A program made the position numbers and the translations under genes. A DNA stretch of 64,000 nucleotides from the NCBI RefSeq assembly GCF_009914755.1, contig NC_060939.1; one strand, written 5' to 3'. Positions 56,346-64,000 of this stretch are shown here, piece by piece. Numbering within the stretch: the first letter of the stretch is position 1; each line of letters begins with the position of its first letter. Below the pieces are notes generated by a model that was not told where the DNA came from, did no database searches, and was given only the letters and a program-made list of their open reading frames with translations. Source of the stretch: the human T2T-CHM13v2.0 reference genome, Homo sapiens.

Positions 56346-57879
56346 TAAAATATATGTTTTTATAACTTGTTAATTAGTAATTCATATTCAACATGTTTTC
56401 TTATAACTTTAAGTGTTATATACTAAATATTCTTTTATTAAAGCTACATTTTCTATATGGGATGATGAAGTTGAATTTAGTTTAGCTTATGTGCCCATGC
56501 TTGTATTCATTCAACTTTTTCTTATTCAAAATTTTTACCATGCTGTTGCAGTTAGTATCAAAGCTAAACTCAAAATATAATTACACTGGTAATTGATAAG
56601 TAGAATTAGAAATGACAGTCAACATTATAAATTGTGTATTAATAACTATTAGGAAGAAAATTACTTTAAAAACATTTATTCTCATTCTTTTTGCTTTGTT
56701 TTGTAATTTTTTATTTAAATAATACTGTTTTTTTGAAATCAAATGTCAGTTTTGAAAAGATTACCTGAGCCCATATTCCTGCTGTGAAATGTTCTATTTC
56801 ATTTAAACATATTTATAAAAATCAAATACATTTTAATCTACAGTAGAGACAGAGCCTTTAGAACAAAACAGAATACATCATAATTAAAAGCAAGCAATTA
56901 TTAACTTTGGCAGTAGAATAGTAAATTAATTACTTTGCTAATTGTTTTCTAGGCCATTAAGAAATGATTAGCTAATTGATTGATTATTTAAAGTGTTAGA
57001 TTGAACTATGTTGTTGGGACCAGTAAAAATTTGTAGGCTAAATATCTCTTACAACATCTGATAATATCCAAAAATTTTTTCAGGAATAAGTACAAATACT
57101 GGGAAAAAAAACCTTACTATGTGTGTTTCTAGAAAAGGAGAAATTACTCTTTATTCTGAGTCTTGATTGTATAATCATGTTATTTTTAATAAATTAAGAA
57201 TGGGCTGAGGGCACATTTAAGAATTGGCTGGATTGTCTGCTAAACTTAGGAAACTGGCTCCCTGCTATCCCTGTATTTTGGTTCCATTTACCCAGCTCCT
57301 CAAATTTATAGTTAGTTTTGTTGCTCTGTTCCTGTATGCTGTTTAGTGATGAGAATGAGGTTAAAAACCCACAAGAAATTGAATGGAGAAAAAAATCCTC
57401 TGGGAGAGAATACCAAGTCCATTTTAGAAAATCTGAACTTTCAAAAACATCAATAACAGAACATTTCTAAAGGTAAATAATATTAGACAGGAAGCAAACA
57501 AGCACCATTATGGTCAGTGGTCAGATTAGAGACATAGTCTCTAGTAAGGACTTTGTGGCACCAGGGAAACCAATACAGACTCTGTTAAGATGTTGCAATT
57601 GTTATGCATTTACGAGAGTGTCTCAGATAAAAGATGTACTAGAGTGTTTGAGACCACATACCCTCCTTAGATAGTTACTTGCAGGTCTAAAAGGCTTGAT
57701 TGTTATATGAAAGGCTGATGCGCTTTTAGAGAGTTGCAGATCAATTTGCCTGTAGCAAATTAGCGGTATAGACCTACATAGCAAGCTTAGGACAGGTGAC
57801 AAAGCCTTTTTGGGAAGAGCTTGCACATTTTTTATGTACAAATAATTAACAGTTTATTCTAACTTTAAAAAGGTACTCA

Positions 57880-58226
<347 letters not shown>

Positions 58227-58274
58227 TCATCATTATTCTTATTTCAGAGATGAACTCTCTAAACAGCTGCATTA

Positions 58275-58730
58275 GAATATTCCTTGTTTTTGCTGTCATA
58301 GTAGCAGGTAACAGAACACAACTCTAATAAGCTTAAGTAGGCAAGGGGAATTCATTATAAGAATAAAGGGATGTCTAATAGGAACCCAGTAATATGAAGA
58401 AACTTGGGCTTAGAAAGGATTTGAAACCAGGAAAGCTACTTTTTTCTCTCTCTCTGAAAACTGATTTTTTTCCCCTGCATGACAAAGGGAAATTTCCTTT
58501 CCATATTTCTAAGCCTACATCTCACAGATCCAGACACCCCAAAAAGGACTACCTTTCAGTTCAAAATCCAATTTCCAAGAGAAGGGATTTTGTTTGTTTG
58601 AGATTGAGGAAGGTGCACACTCCTGGTCTAATTATCAACTATGGCCAAGAGTATGGGGTTATAAATACAGTGGCTGCTGCTATGTCCACCACCATAGATG
58701 GGGTGTCATTAGATGTAGGGCACCTGGCAA
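58275..58730 (-). mobile_element. Ancient MaLR LTR remnant (MLT1K/L-like)
   Basis: gtagcaggtaacagaacacaactctaataagcttaagtaggcaaggggaattcattata; resembles the 21.4-kb element. Confidence 0.45.
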
Positions 58731-59791
58731 TGTAACGTAGTATGTTGTATGTGAGGTGGACAGAAGTTGATATTAGCTAGAACTAATTTCATGTAAATCA
58801 CATAGAAGGAGAATGTGAGCAGAAAACTATTTTTCCTACTCCCAAACAACAGTAGCAATATTGTACTACTGTCCCAGGAAACACTGTATATGGTTATTAT
58901 AAAAAGAAAACAAATATTGACTTATGTGTATTTTTTTTTTCTTCAAAGAACAAATCAAAGGTTGCATTCTTAAGGGAGAGCATGGTAGATATTGTTTACG
59001 AATCTTTTGAATACATAGTTCAACCAGGGGAAAATCAATTGCTTTTTAGCTATCTTTATTAAAGCCTTGTGAGGTCTTCAACAAAGAGCTGTCAGTTCAA
59101 GAAATTTCAGAGCCAAGCAACTATTTATTCAAGGGCAGTGTATAAAAGTGCAATTGAACACAGCAATTGGGAGGTTGTCGGAGTGACTGCTAAAATACTT
59201 ACATGTACAATGTTGTCTTTTTCTCACATCCTTGAGGAATAAAACTCATATGGACTTTGTTCTTAACATAGACGTTTTAGAAGTATTCAGTGTTCTATAA
59301 ATACCTAAATGAAAAGCTTTAATCTGTTTAATAGATAAGTTCTGCTTTAGGATTTTTATATTTATGAAAAACAGAAGAGAAGTTCTCGTTTTTTCTCTCT
59401 TAGTCCATTTTGTCCTTTTTGTTATATGTATGTGTTTAGCAGTGTGGTAAGAGGTGATCGTTGCTAATCAGATAGTATTTTTTACTATAGTAGGGAGAGG
59501 TTTCAAAGGAGGGAGAAAGCGATCACTTTAATTTAGTGAGCAGAAAATCAGGAAATGTCTTAATGAAGGAGCGTACATTTAAATTGTAAGGAGAAGAAGT
59601 TACGGAGTATAAAAATATCATGATCAAAGTCACTAAGCCAGGAAGGAATGGTGGAAAAAAGTTAGCTAATAGTATATGTCAGAAATATTGCTAAGAGATA
59701 TACAAATATTTTAAATTGGTGGTATAGTGAGTATTTAGACTGAAATATGGACTATAGAAAATAGAGTACAGGCTGTTGTAGCTTTGGATAG

Positions 59792-60190
<399 letters not shown>

Positions 60191-60307
60191 CGGTGACTTT
60201 AAATTCTTTTGTCAGAAGGATAAAAACTGTCTTACTGTCAATTATAAATATATAAGTAAATGAAAAAAATAATTTAGTATACATGAGAAACATTAAGAAT
60301 TAAAGTA

Positions 60308-60675
60308 CAGCTGACCCTTGAACAACATAGGTTTGATCTGCGTGAGTCCACTTACATGTGGATTTTTTCCTACCTCTGCCAGGCTTGAGACAGCAAAACC
60401 AGTCCTTCCTCTTCCTTCTCCTCCTCAGCATATATATTATATATCTTTCTTACAATTTTCTTCATAACATTTTTTCTCTAGCTTACTTTATTGTAAGAAT
60501 ATAGTATATAATTATATATAACATACAAAATATGTGTTCATTGACTGTTTATATTATCAATTAGGCTTCTAGTCAGCAGTAGGCTATTAGCAATTAAGTT
60601 TTGGGGGAGTCAAAAGTTATATGGGAATTTTAGGGGGTTAACACTTTTAATCCACAAATGTTCAAGGGTCAACTG
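60308..60675 (+). mobile_element. Tigger2-family non-autonomous DNA transposon (Tigger2a/MER8/MER28-like)
   Basis: TIRs cagctgacccttgaaca / tgttcaagggtcaactg; TA at left flank (CA at right). Confidence 0.88.
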
Positions 60676-60689
60676 CACAACAATTTTTT

Positions 60690-61848
60690 TTTTTTTTGGT
60701 AAAAACTTACAAGAGTAGTTCTAACAGTGTTTGTTGTATAATTTACATGGGGAAGTGAGCATTTTTTCTATGCATTGGCATATTGTCATACTGCTTTCTA
60801 AGTTTTAATCAGCTTCCGACATTTTATCCTTTGAGCTTTCAATGTCATAAAATATCTCTGAGAGTTTCTTTAATGTGAAGTTGTTTGCTGGCATCACTGC
60901 CTCTGGAATATCGTCATCCTTTTTCATCAAAACTGCTTCTTCATCTATGCTGATAACTTCATCTTCACTAAGTTCTTCTGGTGGTTTATCCTGAGTCTCT
61001 CAAAAGGGAGCCATATTGTTTGTGTCACCTGCAACCCCCAAATTCAGATCTTGACATCCTGGCCCCAAGTGTGATGGTATTAAGAGGTGGGGCCTCTGGA
61101 AAGTAATTAGGTCCTGAGGGTGTAGTCCTCATGAATGGGATTAGTTCCCGTATGAAAGGCACCCTAGAGAGCTCCCTCACCCTCTTTCTGCCAATGAGGA
61201 CATGAGAAGTCAGCCATCTGCAGCCTGGAAGAGGACTCTCATCAGAACCTGACCATGCTTGCACCCTGATCTAAGACTTTCAGCCTCCAGAACTGTGAGA
61301 AATAAATTTCTGTTGTTTCGAAGCCATCCAGTCTATGGTATTCTGTTATAGTAGCCCCATCTGATTAAGACACTGTGCTAACAATCTCATGGTCAACTAT
61401 TTCTTTCATAACTCCATTTACATTAGATCAGAATTTCACTTTGATGTTATCACTTTTCATTTCCTTATTTTCATCTTTATTGGCCAATTCTTTCTTTCAG
61501 TGTTCCAGTTTTATAAAACATCATATAGATTTATCACTGGGAGACTGTAAGGCAACCCACCTATATTCACTGTCTGGGCAGGAACTGAATAACAGAAGTA
61601 CAGTGACCAGTCACTGGCAGACTTTCAGAAGTGATGCAATTGGTCACTGATTACGATGCATATCTGTTATTTACATAGTGATTTGTGGACTAACGCACTA
61701 GTTGTGAAGCTTGTTCTTTACACAGTTATTCACAGTTAATACACTGTGATAACTAAAATTGAGCCATTTTGGGGAGGACTGGTGTAATCTGACTTAACTG
61801 TGGTAACTGAAGTTTGTGCCAGTATCATGCACAGTAAGGACTCCCCAT
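60690..61848 (-). mobile_element. Possible old Tigger-like DNA transposon remnant interrupted by MLT1A
   Basis: End gtatcatgcacagtaaggactcccc resembles a Tigger TIR; family uncertain. Confidence 0.35.
61017..61372 (+). mobile_element. MLT1A-type MaLR solo LTR
   Basis: gtgtgatggtattaagaggtggggcctctgg...ctcatgaatgggattagt...cagcctccagaactgtgagaaataaatttctgttg...gattaagaca. Confidence 0.9.
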
Positions 61849-61850
61849 AT

Positions 61851-61938
61851 AAAACAGGGATACCTTTTCTGGAGAAGACGAAATTAAAGAGAGAAAAACA
61901 GGGATACCTTTTCTGGAGAAGACGAAATTAAAGAGAGA
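61851..61938. repeat. Perfect 44-bp tandem duplication
   Basis: aaaacagggataccttttctggagaagacgaaattaaagagaga at 61851-61894 and 61895-61938, identical. Confidence 0.97.
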
Positions 61939-61959
61939 AAAGGGCCATTTTTTAGTTCT

Positions 61960-63685
61960 CCTTTTTTAATTACTTGAAGTGAAATTCATATAACATTAAA
62001 TTAACTATTTTAAAGTATACCAATTCAGTGGCACTGACTATATCCACGATGTTGTGAAACCACCACCTGTCTCTACTTTCAGAACTTTTTCATAACCCCA
62101 GAAAAGTACCCCATACCCATGAAGTAATCATTCCTCATTTCCCCTGCCCCTGCCCCATGGTAACCATCAATTTGTTTTTTGTCTGTATGGATTTGCCTAT
62201 TCTGAACACAGCGTATAAAATGAATCATACAATATGTGACCTTTGTGTCTGGTTTCTTTCACTGAGCATAATGGATTCAAGGTTCCCCCAAGTTGTAGTA
62301 TGTGTATTTCATTTATTTTAAATGACTGAATAATATACTATTGTATAGATATACCTTAATTTGTTCTTTCATTCATCTATGGGCATTTGGGTTTTTTCCA
62401 CCTTTTGGCTGTTCCTACCTTTTGTATAATGCTGACATAAACATTGCGAACAAATTTCTATGTGGACATATATGTTTTCATTTCTCTTGGAGTGGAATTG
62501 CTAGGTCGTACGGTAATTCTATGTTTAGATTTTTAAGGATCTGCCATGTATATATCTTGTGATACGCACATATATAATTGTTTTTTAGGTGGAATGTCTA
62601 GGTCTTAGGATTTGTATATGTCTAGCTTTAGTAGATCCTGCTAGTTTTCTGAAGCAATTGTACCAATTTACATCCCAGTAAAAGCATAGGAAAGCTCCAG
62701 TTGCTCCATATCCTTGTCAATTCTTGGCATTGTCAGGGTTTCTAATTTCAGCAATTTTGGGTGGGTATGTCGTGGTATATTGTGATTCGACTTTGCCTCT
62801 CCCTGATTACTAATGAGGATGAACACCTTTTCATATGGTCATTTTGTATTTTGGATATCCTCTTGTGAAGAGCCTATTCAAATCTCTTTCTATTTTTACT
62901 ACTGAGTTATCTTGGTTTTAAAAAATTGATTTATAGGAATTCTTTATATATTTTGGATATGAGTCATTTATTGGGTATGCATATTATGAATTATTTACTC
63001 CCACTCTGTGGCTTGCCTTTTCTCTCCTTAAATGGTGTCTTTAATGAAAAGAAGTTTCTAATTGTAATGTCTTCCAAGTCATCAATCATTTCCTTTATGA
63101 TAGTGCTCTTTGTGTCCTGTTTAAGAAATGTTTATCCTCCTCCAATCTCATGATGTTATTTCCTGTGCTATCTTCTAGAGGCTTAATTGGTTTTTCTTTT
63201 AGATTTAGAGCTACAATCCACCTTCAATTGATTTTAGTGTATAATATGAGATCAAGATTAGCTTTTTTTTTTTTCTGAATGGATTTCCATTAGACTCTGA
63301 GACCACTTTTTTTTCTCACCACACTTCAGTGCCACCTTTGTCATAAAGCAGATGTCTATATATGCATGGATCTGTTTCTGGTTGCTTTTGTCCATTGGTG
63401 TTTTTGGTTATTGTGCCAATAACACTGTCTTAATGCGATAGCTTTATGATAAATTTACATATCTCATAGTATAAATCCTTCAGCTTAGTTCTTTAAGACT
63501 TTCTTGGATATTTTTGACCCCTTGCATGTTCATACACATTTTTAGAATTAGTTTGTTATTTTGTTAACACACATACACCATTCTCCTCTGCAAAACACCA
63601 CCATCACCACCACCACCAAGAATACCTCATCTGATGTGATTCTGATTGACCCTATAAATCAATTTGAGAAGAATTAAGATCTTTA
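61960..63685 (-). mobile_element. Old L1 (L1MB/L1ME) 3' fragments
   Basis: ttgaagtgaaattcatataacattaaattaac...tggatttgcctattctgaac...ctccctgattactaatgaggatgaacaccttttcatat. Confidence 0.85.
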
Positions 63686-63688
63686 GAG

Positions 63689-64000
63689 AGCTGGGCACAG
63701 TGGATCACACCTGAAAACCCAGCACTTTGGAAGGCTGAGGAAGTAGGATTGCTTGAGACCAGCTTGGGCAATGTAAGGAGGCACCATCTCTACAAAAGTA
63801 AAATAAAATAATTAGCCAGGCATGGTGGTGTGCATCTGTGGGCCCAGCTACTCAGGAGGCGGAGGTGGAAAGATTGCTTGAGTCAGGGAGTTTGAGGCTG
63901 CAATGAGTCATGATTGTGCTACCGCATTCCAGCCTGGGTGACAAAAAAAGGCCCTGTCTCAACAACAACAACAACGAAAAAAAAGTAAGAAAAAGAAAGA
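63689..64000 (+). mobile_element. AluJ, tail runs to window end
   Basis: gctgggcacagtggatcacacctg...ggattgcttgag...gagtttgaggctgcaatgagtcatgattgtgc; (CAA)n/A-rich tail. Confidence 0.92.

Overview
This is primate, almost certainly human-type, AT-rich non-coding genomic DNA (intronic or intergenic). No protein-coding gene, RNA gene or CpG island can be supported. The long ORFs in the track come from Alu, L1, LTR or microsatellite sequence, or are chance ORFs. The window is a patchwork of interspersed repeats: 12 Alus (J, S and Y), several 5'-truncated L1s (mostly on the minus strand), MaLR/ERVL/ERV1 solo LTRs, DNA transposon relics (MADE2, Tigger2-type, MER5) and MIR/L2 fragments. Multi-kb repeat-poor unique blocks separate them. 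The best candidates for function are: (i) a MER41 solo LTR that keeps both tandem STAT1/GAS motifs; (ii) a unique block at ~52.9-54.8 kb with a Z-DNA-prone (CG)n(CA)n tract, a double YY1 palindrome, five forkhead motifs, plus-strand exon-like units and a hydrophobic 70-aa sORF; (iii) a possible 3-nt microexon at 5391-5393; (iv) closely spaced inverted AluY pairs; (v) very recent short tandem duplications. I could not identify the host locus. I see no evidence of a novel multi-gene system. Repeat subfamily calls come from remembered consensus sequences and need RepeatMasker/Dfam confirmation.
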